Shown: piece after piece, positions 51,091 through 61,983 of the stretch
Layout of the letters: each line of letters begins with the position of its first letter
Numbering within the stretch: position 1 is the stretch's first letter
DNA from: Promethearchaeota archaeon
GTDB lineage: Archaea > Asgardarchaeota > Lokiarchaeia > Sigyniarchaeales > SOKP01
Assembly (NCBI GenBank): GCA_019058445.1
Contig: JAHPZA010000002.1
Location: forward strand, 64,001-128,000
Length of the DNA: 64,000 nucleotides
Direction: 5' to 3'
Position numbers and translations under genes: made by a program
The notes under the pieces: model-generated
What the model was told of the DNA's origin: nothing
The model's input: the letters and a program-made list of their open reading frames with translations, nothing else
Databases searched by the model: none

Positions 51091-53457
51091 GTTTTAAAAA
51101 CAAAGGAATATATATCCCATCCATTAGTCAAAAAGGATTTGGTACTCAGAAGAGAATACCAAGAGAATATTTTTATAAGTTGCTTAAAGCACAATTGTTT
51201 AGTGGTTATTCCCACGGGACTCGGGAAAACAATAATTGGATTAATGCTTGCAGTACATAGATTAACAGAGATACCTGAATCTAAAGTTATTTTTTTAGCT
51301 CCTACAAAACCGTTAGTAGAACAGCATTATCACTCATTTTTAGACCTTACTACGATATCCCACGAATCGTTGAAATGTATTACAGGCGCAACACAACCAG
51401 GGAAGAGAAAACTATTATGGGATGATTTAACCATCGCTTTCATGACACCTCAGGTACTCCAAAATGACATCATCTCAAAAACCTATTCGATACACGATGT
51501 ATCATTAATTATTTTCGATGAATGTCATAGAGCAGTGGGAGATTATGCTTATTGTTTTATTGCCAAAAAATATATGGATGACTCAAAATGCCCTCAGATA
51601 TTAGGGCTTACAGCCAGTCCAGGTTCAACGAAAGAGAAGATTAACGAGATTAAAGAAAATTTATTTATTGATCACGTTGAAATAAGAACAGAAAAGGATT
51701 CAGACGTAAAGCCTTATATTCATAATGTGGATAATGAATGGATAAAGATTAAGCTTCCAAGTGAATTTTTAGAAATCAAGAATATTTTAACTGAAAAATT
51801 AAAAGATGGGTATAAATGGTTAAAACAAAATGACTTACTTGATTCTTATGATGTGAACAAAATCACTCGTAAGGATATTTTAAAATTAAATAATCAAATA
51901 AATAAAAGAATTTCATACGCACGAGATGACAATGAAAAGTTTCAAATGTTTACTGCTAAAAAATTGGCTGCTAATGCCATTAGATTATCCCATATGTCTG
52001 AATTAATAGAAACTCAAGGCGTTAATGCGCTGAAAGACTATATTGAAAAAAATGAAGAAAAGATAAAGCGAAATACCGCAAATAAATCTTTAAAGGAACT
52101 ATTTTATGATAAGGATTTTAAACGTGTGAAAACCTTAACATTTCATGTTCAATCAAAAGGCATAGTTCACCCTAAATTAGAAAAATTAAAAGAACTTTTG
52201 AGTCAACAGCTAACTGAGAACAAAGATTCTCGAATTCTGGTTTTCTGCCATTTTAGGGATTCAGTGAATAATATTGTGAAAATTTTTAAAGAGGATGATA
52301 TAATAAAAGCTCATAAATTTGTAGGGCAAGCAACTAAAGGTTCAGATAAAGGTTTAACCCAAAAACAGCAGATAAACCTCCTTGAAGACTTTAAAGAAGG
52401 GATTTATAATACCCTAATAGGAACAAGTGTCGCTGAAGAAGGACTTGATATAGCAGAATGTGATTTAGTAGTCTTTTATGATGTTGTACCCAGCGCTATT
52501 CGTTCAATTCAACGTCGCGGTCGTACAGGTAGGAAAAAAGAAGGAAAAGTGTATGTATTGATGGCAGAAGACACTAGAGATGAGGGATATTATTGGGCAG
52601 AAAAAGTAAAAGAAAGAAATATGAAAGAAAGCTTGAGAATGATTAAAAGCGGTGAAAAAAAATCGAATTCAAAGCAACAAAAAAACATATTAAATTATGC
52701 TATACCGGAAAAAAAGGAAAAAATACAAGGTAACCATTTAGACAAAAACGATAATGAGAAGGAAGTAGAGAGGAGTGAAAAATACGATTCAAAATCAATT
52801 AACAAGATTGAGGATGCGAATAAATTCACAATAATATGTGACAACAGAGAAACTGCGTCACCAATAGTTCGAATTCTGTCATTATTAGGAATCAATTTGA
52901 AATTAGAGCAATTGCCTGTGGCTGATTATGTTATATCTGAAAGAGTAGGGATTGAGAGAAAATCTTCACAAGATTTTAACGATTCTATAAAGGATGGTCG
53001 TTTATTTAATGAATTAATTGAATTAAAAAACAATTTTGAGCGATCTATTCTTATTTTAGAGGGTGATCCTTTAGAAAATTCAAATATCAATGAAAATGCT
53101 TTATATGGAGCGATCACGTCTATAATTTTAAATTTAGGGATAACCATCTATAAAACTAAAAATCCAGAAGAGACTGCGACGTTTTTATTCCAAATGGCAA
53201 AAAAAGAGCAATCTGAAAAGACTACTCAAATGAAACTAAGGTTTGAAAAAGCTCCTTTAGATTTATCTCATCTTTTAGAGTTTATCATTGCTGGAATTCC
53301 CGGAGTGAATTATTCAAGAGCAAAAAATTTATTAAATGAATTTAAGACATTACAGCAGATATTTAATTCAGATATTCCTGATTTAACTAATGTTGATAAC
53401 ATTGGCAAAAAAATTGCTCAAGAAATCTATAAGATAAGCAGATATAAATACAAATAA
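51091..53457 (+). CDS. hef: Hef/FANCM-like DEAH helicase with ERCC4 nuclease and HhH domains
   Basis: PTGLGKT, DECH, TASP, QRRGRTGR, DNRE, ERK and IPGV. The conserved EYISHPL N-terminus lies upstream of the ORF-track TTG at 51139. Confidence 0.93.
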   Translation, partial: VLKTKEYISHPLVKKDLVLRREYQENIFISCLKHNCLVVIPTGLGKTIIGLMLAVHRLTEIPESKVIFLAPTKPLVEQHYHSFLDLTTISHESLKCITGATQPGKRKLLWDDLTIAFMTPQVLQNDIISKTYSIHDVSLIIFDECHRAVGDYAYCFIAKKYMDDSKCPQILGLTASPGSTKEKINEIKENLFIDHVEIRTEKDSDVKPYIHNVDNEWIKIKLPSEFLEIKNILTEKLKDGYKWLKQNDLLDSYDVNKITRKDILKLNNQINKRISYARDDNEKFQMFTAKKLAANAIRLSHMSELIETQGVNALKDYIEKNEEKIKRNTANKSLKELFYDKDFKRVKTLTFHVQSKGIVHPKLEKLKELLSQQLTENKDSRILVFCHFRDSVNNIVKIFKEDDIIKAHKFVGQATKGSDKGLTQKQQINLLEDFKEGIYNTLIGTSVAEEGLDIAECDLVVFYDVVPSAIRSIQRRGRTGRKKEGKVYVLMAEDTRDEGYYWAEKVKERNMKESLRMIKSGEKKSNSKQQKNILNYAIPEKKEKIQGNHLDKNDNEKEVERSEKYDSKSINKIEDANKFTIICDNRETASPIVRILSLLGINLKLEQLPVADYVISERVGIERKSSQDFNDSIKDGRLFNELIELKNNFERSILILEGDPLENSNINENALYGAITSIILNLGITIYKTKNPEETATFLFQMAKKEQSEKTTQMKLRFEKAPLDLSHLLEFIIAGIPGVNYSRAKNLLNEFKTLQQIFNSDIPDLTNVDNIGKKIAQEIYKISRYKYK

Positions 53458-53586
53458 AACCCTTTGCAATAAATTTTCTGTAATTAATTTTCCCTCAGTT
53501 TTATATACTAATGTTCAATTTACATGAACTATTTTGTATAACAATAAGAATTATATGATTTCTTTCTGATATAATATTGGGATATA

Positions 53587-54774
53587 ATGAAAGTTAATCA
53601 CTGGAATTTTGACGAAGTAATTGATCGTAAGAATACGTGCTCATCAAAATGGGATGGAACAGATAGATTTTTCCAGAAAAAAAATTTATTACCTATGTGG
53701 GTGGCAGATATGGATTTTCTTTCTCCACGTCCCATCATTGATGCTATAATTCGCCGTGCCGAGCATGGTGTATTTGGGTATACCTTTTTAAGTCCTGAAT
53801 ATTATAAAGCTTTAATTAATTGGTTTCAACGGCGCCATAATTGGCCAATAGAGAAGAAATGGATATTTTCTGCTCCCGGAGTTCTTCCTGGTCTAAGTTT
53901 TTCAGTCCAAGCATTCAGTAAACCAGGAGATAAAATTATTGTACAAAATCCGGTATATACGCCATTTTACCAAATTATTAAAAATAATGCTCGTAAAAGA
54001 TTATTAAATCCCTTAAAATTATCGAATGGTCATTATGAGATGGACTTTAAAGATTTAAGGGCAAAAGCACGCCATCCCCGAGCTAAACTTATGATACTCT
54101 GTAATCCCCACAATCCGACGGGAAGGGTTTGGACAAGGGAAGAGTTAATCACCCTAGGAGAAATCTGTCTAGAAAATCAGATTTTAGTCATTGCTGATGA
54201 AATACATTGTGATTTAGTATATTCTGGATATAAATACACACCATTCGCCTCAATATCTGATGAATTTGCCCAGAATTGTATTATTTGTAATTCTCCAAGT
54301 AAGACATTTAATATACCTAGTTTAAAACTCGCAAATGTTATTATTCCAAACGCTCAATTACGAACTAAATTTAGCAGAATTAGACAGAGTCATCACATTA
54401 CCACACTCAATTGCTTTGCATCAAGTGTATTGGAAGCAGCTTATAATGAATGTGAAGAGTGGTTGGATGAACTTAAAGTATACCTCAAGGAGAATTTGGA
54501 ATTTTTAAAACATTTTATTAAAGAAAAGATTCCTGAGATTAAAGTCATTGAGCCAGAAGGGACATATTTAGTATGGCTTGATTTTCGAGGATTAGGATTT
54601 GATAGCAAAGAAATAACCAAAATTTTGTTTGATAATGCAAAAGTAGCATTATGGGAAGGGCATCTCTTTGGAAAAGGTGGCACAGGATTTGAACGAATAA
54701 ATATTGCTTGCCCTCGTTCAATTTTAAGCGAAGGACTTAATCGGATCGTTAAAGCTATAAAAGAATTTTCGTGA
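53587..54774 (+). CDS. MalY/PatB-type PLP-dependent C-S lyase/aminotransferase
   Basis: PMWVADMDF, CNPHNPTG, DEIH, SPSKTFN and EGTYLVWLD. Confidence 0.9.
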   Translation: MKVNHWNFDEVIDRKNTCSSKWDGTDRFFQKKNLLPMWVADMDFLSPRPIIDAIIRRAEHGVFGYTFLSPEYYKALINWFQRRHNWPIEKKWIFSAPGVLPGLSFSVQAFSKPGDKIIVQNPVYTPFYQIIKNNARKRLLNPLKLSNGHYEMDFKDLRAKARHPRAKLMILCNPHNPTGRVWTREELITLGEICLENQILVIADEIHCDLVYSGYKYTPFASISDEFAQNCIICNSPSKTFNIPSLKLANVIIPNAQLRTKFSRIRQSHHITTLNCFASSVLEAAYNECEEWLDELKVYLKENLEFLKHFIKEKIPEIKVIEPEGTYLVWLDFRGLGFDSKEITKILFDNAKVALWEGHLFGKGGTGFERINIACPRSILSEGLNRIVKAIKEFS

Positions 54775-54896
54775 AATCCCTTTCTTTTTAATAGTAAGAT
54801 AGTTAAAAGTAGTTAGATATTTAGATATTAAAAAGGCAATCGATCCATCTTTATAGAAAAAAAGGAAATGATAAAAAACTTTATTCTAGGTTGATA

Positions 54897-56183
54897 CTAT
54901 TTTACATCGCTCAAGTTTATACCTTTGGTTTCTTTCAAATATGAATAAGTTAATGGTATAATAATTAGATGTGGCAAGCTCAATATTATGAAAGTGAGTC
55001 CTAGACCAAAAAATAATATAAGAATGCTGCTGATAAACAAACCACTAGTCATACCGATAGCTACTATCAAAGTTCTTAATCCACTTCCCGTTCCTCTAGC
55101 ATCTGTAGGTGTTATTTCTACCGTTATTAACCTTGCAATGATTGTGATACCTTGACCTGTGATATAAGCGATTCCCACACTAATTCCTACTATTATTAAG
55201 ACAAGGACCCCTGAGAGATTCACACTCATGACTGTAACTATTATTGAGACTGGAGCCAAGACACTATATATATAGAGCATTGGTTTTCTCCCCCACTTAT
55301 CTGCGAGTATTCCTGTTATGAGATATCCTAAAATAACAGATATTGCGATGATATAGATTAAAAGATTAATTTCGGTCTCGCTCACGTGCCCACTACTTGC
55401 CCAATATGCTTCAATTAATCTATAGAACACGACATCTAAACCAGCAATTAAGCCAATTATCAATATTACTATGAGCTCCGTTCGTCGGGCATGATTGAAT
55501 AAAATTTTCAAATTTTCTCTAAACTTCGGCATTTCTTCTCTTAAAGCTCGGTTCTCCTTCATCTCTTCAAACTTTTGAGTCTCTTTAAATGTTAATAATA
55601 TAAGAAGACTCAGTGAGAAACCGAGAACTATCGCGAAATATGTCATGCCTCTCCAATTTGCCGAAGTCTCAGTTATAAATATAGAACGAAAAGTTGGGAG
55701 TAATAATGCACCCCCCATCCCGCCCATTAGCACAAATGTGTTCCATTGACCGCGTTTCTCTGGTGGACATTCTTCACTAATATAGATAGTCCAAATGTCG
55801 GAGCTAAAAAAGATATAAAGCATGAATAGATAAATGGTGTATTGAATAATATTAGTTGCCGTTGCGATCAAGAGTGAAGAAAAACCCATGCCAAACACAG
55901 TAAATGCTAGGAGTATTTTTCTTCCTTTGCGATCTGCTAGGAATTGATTTAATAGCACAAAATACGTCCCGATCGATGCAATTGCGATACAAAATGCATA
56001 TATTGAATGAGCTACATTTTCGGGATAATTTGATAAGAATTCGGCGATAACCTTACTAGGAATGACAGTTGGATAAAGAGTAGAATATGTATCAAGAATT
56101 TCAACAAGCATTAAGACGATAATCATGTATAATAAAGCAGCTTTGGATCTTTCCCGAGAAAAATCGTTTTTATTTTGAGTCAT
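54897..56183 (-). CDS. MFS transporter
   Basis: About 12 TM helices; LADRKGRK, LADKWGRK and KETKG motifs. Confidence 0.9.
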   Translation of the reverse strand: MTQNKNDFSRERSKAALLYMIIVLMLVEILDTYSTLYPTVIPSKVIAEFLSNYPENVAHSIYAFCIAIASIGTYFVLLNQFLADRKGRKILLAFTVFGMGFSSLLIATATNIIQYTIYLFMLYIFFSSDIWTIYISEECPPEKRGQWNTFVLMGGMGGALLLPTFRSIFITETSANWRGMTYFAIVLGFSLSLLILLTFKETQKFEEMKENRALREEMPKFRENLKILFNHARRTELIVILIIGLIAGLDVVFYRLIEAYWASSGHVSETEINLLIYIIAISVILGYLITGILADKWGRKPMLYIYSVLAPVSIIVTVMSVNLSGVLVLIIVGISVGIAYITGQGITIIARLITVEITPTDARGTGSGLRTLIVAIGMTSGLFISSILILFFGLGLTFIILSLPHLIIIPLTYSYLKETKGINLSDVK

Positions 56184-56361
56184 GAAAATATATTTTAGTT
56201 TCTGGATATTTAAGGATTTTGGATAATACGCCCCAAAAATTGAATACTTTAGAAATTAACTTCTGATTAAAAGATTAAATATTTTTAAGCATAATTATTA
56301 TAAAGTAATATATTCGAATATATTTTATATATCATTAGATATTAATAGAGCTAAATTTACG

Positions 56362-56952
56362 ATGATAAAATTTAAAGTCGTTATCGCTGGTCAGAAGGAT
56401 GTAGGCAAAACCTCACTTCTTCGCAGGTATGCGACAGGTAAGTTCGATACCTCTACTCTAAGCACTATTGGCGTAGATTTTGAAACGAAAAAAATTATGG
56501 TTGATGATGTAGAGATATTGCTCAATTTATGGGACTTTGCGGGGGAAAAAAAATTCAGAACATTATTTCCTTCTTATGTTTCCGGAGCTTCAGGAGCTTT
56601 GATATTGTATGATATTACGAGTAAAGATTCTCTTTATGACCTTGAAAGTTGGATGAAGGTTATCGATAATGTGGATAATCCCCCAAGGACCAGGATTTTA
56701 ATAGAACATAAAATAGATTTAGAAGACCAGAGGGAAGTTTCTACAAAAGAGGCTAAAAAATTTCATAAAAAATATAATTTTAAAGGAGATATTTTAGGCG
56801 CATCGGCAAAAACTGGAGAAAATGTAGAAAATGTATTTGTGACTTTAGGAACTGAGATTCTGAAAAATTCATTACGTAAGTGCCCTAATTGTGGAAAACA
56901 TTATCCACTTGAACTTAAGTTTTGCCAATATTGTGGAACCAAAACGTACTAA
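56362..56952 (+). CDS. Rab-like small GTPase with C-terminal zinc ribbon
   Basis: GQKDVGKT, STIGVDF, WDFAGE, HKID, SAKTG; CPNC...CQYCG. Confidence 0.9.
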   Translation: MIKFKVVIAGQKDVGKTSLLRRYATGKFDTSTLSTIGVDFETKKIMVDDVEILLNLWDFAGEKKFRTLFPSYVSGASGALILYDITSKDSLYDLESWMKVIDNVDNPPRTRILIEHKIDLEDQREVSTKEAKKFHKKYNFKGDILGASAKTGENVENVFVTLGTEILKNSLRKCPNCGKHYPLELKFCQYCGTKTY

Positions 56953-57121
56953 CTTTGGTTTACGTTTAATTTTAATTTTTAAGAGATTCAAGACTAGGTT
57001 TTGAAATATTAATTCCAATTAAATTCAAGTAAAACGGAAATTTTTAAAAAATAATATATCTTAAAGAGCATTTATTTATAAAAAAAAGAAATTTATTATC
57101 CCAAATTTAAAGGTTTTAAGA

Positions 57122-58186
57122 TTGAATTACGAAATTTCTCAAGATATACAAGAAATTATAAATAGAATCGAAAAAGAAAATATTTCTTTTAAGAATAAAA
57201 CGGTGTTAGTTACTGGTGGTGCGGGATTTCTGGGCTCATGGACTTGTGATGTCTTAGTAGCACAAGGAGCTTATTGTATTTGTTTAGATAATTTATCATC
57301 AGGAAGGTTTGAAAACATATCACATTTAATGGATAAAAAGAACTTTCGATTTATTAATCATGATATTTCAGAACCAATATTTTTTGGTTTAACCCATCAT
57401 CCGAAAGGAATTTGTATTGGTGATATCAATAAAATCGATATAGTAATGCATATGGCAAGTAGAGCGTCTCCATTTGAATTTAAGAAATATCCAATTCCTA
57501 TATTAAAGAGCAATACGCTCGGAACAATGAATGCTTTAGGGATTGTAAAAGCACATAATGCATTATTTTTCTATACAAGCACGTCGGAAGTATATGGCAA
57601 TCCTCCTGATGAGGCAGTACCAACTCCGGAGACTTATTTTGGGCATGTTAATCCTGTGGGACCTCGTAGTTGCTATGACGAGTCAAAGAGGGCAGGAGAA
57701 GCTTTCGTGAAAGCATATGAGCTTCAACACGACATTAAAAATAAAATAGTCAGAATATTTAATACATCTGGACCACGAATTCGTTCTGGTCCTGAATTTG
57801 GAAGAGTTATTCCCAATTTTATATACCAAGCGCTTAATGACGAGGATATCACCGTTTTTGGTGATGGTTCACAGACTCGCTCCTTTACTTATATTGTTGA
57901 TGAGATAGAAGGATTTTTAAGAATGGTTTATAAACCAGAAGCTCTTGGAGAAGTTATAAATTTGGGAAATGATAAAGAGTTTACCATATTAGAATTGGCG
58001 AATATCATCCTTGAGTTAACGAATTCTCATTCAAAAATCGTTTATAAACATCTCCCTATTGATGATCCCGTAAGAAGGTGTCCGGATCTGAAAAAAGCAA
58101 AAGAAATTTTAAATTGGGAGCCCACAACCACCTTAAGGGAAGGGCTGAAAAAGACTATATCATGGTTTAAAAAGAATGAACAGTAA
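57122..58186 (+). CDS. UDP-glucuronate decarboxylase-like NAD-dependent epimerase/dehydratase
   Basis: TGGAGFLG, STSEVYG, GPRSCYDESKR and DDPVRRCPD. Confidence 0.88.
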   Translation: MNYEISQDIQEIINRIEKENISFKNKTVLVTGGAGFLGSWTCDVLVAQGAYCICLDNLSSGRFENISHLMDKKNFRFINHDISEPIFFGLTHHPKGICIGDINKIDIVMHMASRASPFEFKKYPIPILKSNTLGTMNALGIVKAHNALFFYTSTSEVYGNPPDEAVPTPETYFGHVNPVGPRSCYDESKRAGEAFVKAYELQHDIKNKIVRIFNTSGPRIRSGPEFGRVIPNFIYQALNDEDITVFGDGSQTRSFTYIVDEIEGFLRMVYKPEALGEVINLGNDKEFTILELANIILELTNSHSKIVYKHLPIDDPVRRCPDLKKAKEILNWEPTTTLREGLKKTISWFKKNEQ

Positions 58187-58703
58187 AATCGCTCAGAAGA
58201 AAAAATCCGAAATGGAAATTGCCAGCATTCAGTTTCAACGTCTTTTAAGATTTTCATTGATTTCTGGAATCCTTATTGTGTCCGGATTTATCGTGTATTA
58301 TATCTTAGTTCCTGAGGAAGGCTATGTAGGGTTTGGTATTTTAAATCATGATGAAAGAGCAGAAGATTATCCTACTACTGCTAAAGTGAACCAATCTATT
58401 GGATTTTATATAACTGTTGATAATGAGTTAGATCACGATTTTACTTTCAAGCTCATTATTTTATTAGGAAATGAGGATACAAAACTAACTCCCGACGAAG
58501 GTTCAAAACATGCGAATAAAACGTTTACGACAGATAAAGAAACGTTAAAGCCAACCAAGCATTGGATGTCTGATAAATTATATGTTTCGTTTCCGTATAA
58601 CGGAACGGATCAAATATTAATAGTAGAATTATGGAAATATAACGCAGATAATAGCAGAGAATTTTGGGATATATTATGGTTGCGAATTGATGTATATAGT
58701 TAA
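58176..58703 (+). CDS. DUF1616-like single-TM protein
   Basis: TM helix followed by F.IL.....A.DYP and C-terminal L.L.I.V. Confidence 0.6.
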   Translation: MNSKIAQKKKSEMEIASIQFQRLLRFSLISGILIVSGFIVYYILVPEEGYVGFGILNHDERAEDYPTTAKVNQSIGFYITVDNELDHDFTFKLIILLGNEDTKLTPDEGSKHANKTFTTDKETLKPTKHWMSDKLYVSFPYNGTDQILIVELWKYNADNSREFWDILWLRIDVYS

Positions 58704-60076
58704 TGAGCGGCCCCGATAATTTGGACATCTTTTATTCTCACGTATGGAGCTTGATATCTCCCATATATTTTAAATTCTTTAGAAACTGCATCAAGATTAT
58801 TAAACAGTTCGAAAAGATTTATTCCGACCATAGTTTCATTCAAAGGTTTTTTAATTTCCCCATTTTCAATTAAATTACCTTGAAGGATTAGTCCTGAGAA
58901 ATCTGCTGTTGTAATGTTGGGGCTGTCTCCCGTATATTCTAAAATTATGCCTTTCTTCACATCTCTTATCATCTCGTTATAAAAAAAATCTCCAGGTTTC
59001 ATTATAAAATTAGTAGCTCCGATCGAAGGAACAGAACTATAAGAGCTTCGCACAGCGTTTCCTGTACTTTCAATTCCTTCCTTACTCGCAGTATAACTAT
59101 TATGCAGTAGACCATCTTGTAAGAATTTTCCAGATTGTATAACTGATTTATTTTTACATGGAACTCCCTCGGCATCAAAAGGAGAAGATCCAAGAGCACC
59201 GTCCATAAGAGCATTATCCTCAATATTTAGAAGTTCTGAACCGATAGTTTCATTTCTTTTCCCTATTAGAAAGCTTCTTTTATATTGAAACGTTTCGGCA
59301 TTTATAGCTGAAGCGAGTGGACTCAATATTAAACTTATTGTGCCATTCGGCGTTAAAATTAATGGAACTTTCATATTGTTGATTTTAATTCTGTTTAAAT
59401 TCCTTTTGGCCTTGGTCAATGCGCTTCTGGCAATGTCAATTGCATTGATTTCCTTCAAATTACGAGCAGATTGCCAATCAAAGCCGAAAGAAGTCTCATT
59501 ACTTACTTTATCTTTTACAATAATGTTCGAAGTAATTGAACATGAGGTTACTTTTCCATTTATTTCAATCCCGTTAGAATTAAACACATAGGCTTTAGTA
59601 TAACTTGAAGAAAAATCAGCAGATTGAGAAATAGCGAATTCATCCTCCTTACATACATTAATTAAGTCTTTTGCATAACTTATTGAATCTTCAATTTGAA
59701 GAGCTTTTAATTCTTTATCAAATAGACCCTTTACAGAAGGATATTTCTCGTAATGTTCTGGCAAATCTTTAAAATCTGGATCCCCTGTACCGGCATTCAT
59801 CATCCCGAGAGCGTTTGATATCATTTTTTCCATCGATTTTCTTTCTAAGTTATTTGTAAAGGCAAAACCCAGGGATCCTCTCTTATCAATGGCCCTAATC
59901 GAAACTCCAAGCGAACTTCCCATTTCATTATTTTTAACCGAATTTTCCTCAATTTCTATAGTTATAAATTTACTTTTACCGAAATAGACCTCAGCACATT
60001 TGAGATTACTGTTTTTAGTCTCAGCAAATTTAAGAGCATTACTCGCCAAGCTATAAAAATCTGGTTTGTCTTGCAT
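58700..60076 (-). CDS. pmbA: TldD/PmbA family protein, PmbA (TldE) type
   Basis: SFL, FDAEGVP and STGNA.R; no HExxxH motif. Confidence 0.85.
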   Translation of the reverse strand: MQDKPDFYSLASNALKFAETKNSNLKCAEVYFGKSKFITIEIEENSVKNNEMGSSLGVSIRAIDKRGSLGFAFTNNLERKSMEKMISNALGMMNAGTGDPDFKDLPEHYEKYPSVKGLFDKELKALQIEDSISYAKDLINVCKEDEFAISQSADFSSSYTKAYVFNSNGIEINGKVTSCSITSNIIVKDKVSNETSFGFDWQSARNLKEINAIDIARSALTKAKRNLNRIKINNMKVPLILTPNGTISLILSPLASAINAETFQYKRSFLIGKRNETIGSELLNIEDNALMDGALGSSPFDAEGVPCKNKSVIQSGKFLQDGLLHNSYTASKEGIESTGNAVRSSYSSVPSIGATNFIMKPGDFFYNEMIRDVKKGIILEYTGDSPNITTADFSGLILQGNLIENGEIKKPLNETMVGINLFELFNNLDAVSKEFKIYGRYQAPYVRIKDVQIIGAAH

Positions 60077-61522
60077 TTAATTCAAACCTCCAACAGTAAC
60101 ATCTTCGACACGAATATATGGTCCTCCGTCGCATACTCTTACTCCTTGACCTCCCTTCCCACAAGTCCCGTCACTTAGCCCTATCTCATTACCAATCGCC
60201 GAGATTTTATTGAGAACCTCAAGAGTCATCCCTGATAAAGCTACATCTCTCATTAAATCAGTCTTTTCCCCATTTTTTATTAAATAAGAAATTTTACATT
60301 TAAATTGAAAGTTCCCAGTACTTGGATCCGTATAACCATATTGAAAATCTTCACAGAGAATTCCATTTTTCATATCTTTTATCATCTCGTCCAATTCCCA
60401 GTCTTTTGGTTCAAGAAACGTGATCCCCATACGCACTTGAGGCTTTGAAGTATTGGTTGATGCCCTCCCATGTCCATTAGGAGAGACTCCCATTCTTGAG
60501 GAAGTTTCTAAATTATGTAAATAATTCCGAAGAATCCCATTTTTAATTATTTCCGTCTTTTGAGAAGGGATACCCTCATCATCCACGAAATAACTTCCAT
60601 ATAATTCATAGGGTAAATTATATTTCTTTCCTTGCCCCATGGTTGGATCATCGATAATATTGACATCCACATTAGCAATTTGTGTACCAGTTTTCCCTTC
60701 TAAGATACTTTCTTTATTTAAGACCGTATCCGCTTCAATCGCATGGCCAAGAGCTTCATGAATTAAGACTCCGCAAAATTTTGGGTCCATTATAACTGTA
60801 AATTTCCCCCCTACGGGCGATTTTGCCTTAAGTAATTCGACTGCTTCCTTTGCAGATTTGGAACCTAATATTTTAGCTTGATCTGTTTCAATTATCTCAA
60901 ATCCTCCAAGTCCTCCCACGGAATTTACTGATCTTTGAAGTATTCCGTTTTCTTGGGCATAGACTAAGCTAAATAATCTTATTAATGATAATTCTTGGTA
61001 TATAACGCTCCCAAATGAATTGATAAATAAATTGCTCCCATAGCCATCCATATAAACGGTATGGGTGTTTTTAATTTTGGGTGAGTATTTTGAAGCAATT
61101 TTTTCTTGTTGCTTTACTTGATTAATTTTTTCCTCTACGTGAATATCTTCAATATTTTTCTTACTCTCCAGTTTGAAATTTGTTATTAGCGCGTCTCTTT
61201 CCTTTATTTTAAATTTATTTTTACATAAGGATTCAGACAATCGGGCTAATTTTATTGCTTGTTTAAAACCCTCTATCACAGATGGTTTAGAAATATCCTG
61301 CAACGTATTAAATCCCCAACCTCCATTTACAAACGTTCTGATGCCACAATCTATAAGTTCGTAAGAGGAAACTTCCTTGCTTTTTTGGTCTGTAAAATCA
61401 AGGCTTGTACCAATTCCCACTCCAGATTTGATATCCCAGTATTCGATCTTGTTAGCGGCGAGTTGGTTTAATTTTTCAATTAATTGGTCATCAAATAATT
61501 TTAATTCATCAACAACTTCCAT
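60077..61522 (-). CDS. tldD: TldD metalloprotease
   Basis: HEALGH, DDEG, NGHGR and CGKGGQ. Confidence 0.9.
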   Translation of the reverse strand: MEVVDELKLFDDQLIEKLNQLAANKIEYWDIKSGVGIGTSLDFTDQKSKEVSSYELIDCGIRTFVNGGWGFNTLQDISKPSVIEGFKQAIKLARLSESLCKNKFKIKERDALITNFKLESKKNIEDIHVEEKINQVKQQEKIASKYSPKIKNTHTVYMDGYGSNLFINSFGSVIYQELSLIRLFSLVYAQENGILQRSVNSVGGLGGFEIIETDQAKILGSKSAKEAVELLKAKSPVGGKFTVIMDPKFCGVLIHEALGHAIEADTVLNKESILEGKTGTQIANVDVNIIDDPTMGQGKKYNLPYELYGSYFVDDEGIPSQKTEIIKNGILRNYLHNLETSSRMGVSPNGHGRASTNTSKPQVRMGITFLEPKDWELDEMIKDMKNGILCEDFQYGYTDPSTGNFQFKCKISYLIKNGEKTDLMRDVALSGMTLEVLNKISAIGNEIGLSDGTCGKGGQGVRVCDGGPYIRVEDVTVGGLN

Positions 61523-61647
61523 TTTTCCACTTTTTTCTATTGATTTTATCTAAAGAAAAAAATAATGATATCTTTAAAAGTTTTAACAAAGAATCTTACT
61601 ATGCAAACTGCAACTTTTTTTTTCTACATTCTTTACAAGGAAGGAGT

Positions 61648-61921
61648 CTTAACCCATTTTATATTCTTTGTAGATTTTCCAAATTTAGGGGGATAATTTA
61701 AATTAGAAAATCTTCATTTTCACTAAAAACAGATTTAGTTTTGGGATGATAAAAAGCCATAGGTGTATTATAGCTAAATTATACTGTAAAATTTCCAATT
61801 CTAAAAGCTAAGGCATTTGAATTTTGAGTTTTACTATTTTACTATTTCCATAATACCATCTATTTAATGTGATGGAGTAATTGTTTTGGTGTTCAATTAA
61901 TTTCTCTACTTTTTCAATTCT
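61648..61921 (-). pseudogene. Decayed gene resembling an uncharacterised virus/phage protein family
   Basis: Removing an 8-nt tandem duplication (61831-61846) gives RWYYGNSKTQNSNALAFRIGNFTV*FSYNTPMAFYHPKTKSVFSEN; family resemblance is from memory only. Confidence 0.5.
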
Positions 61922-61983
61922 TGTTTTCTAATCTTGATTTAAGGTTTTTTAAGATTATTATAGCTGCTTGGCAATCTATTATA

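Noticed and set aside
4332-61522. A single RiPP cluster made of ATP-grasp, radical SAM, 40-aa peptide, CPBP protease and TldD/PmbA
   Set aside because: The genes are scattered over 57 kb on mixed strands among housekeeping genes, and each family is common in archaea.
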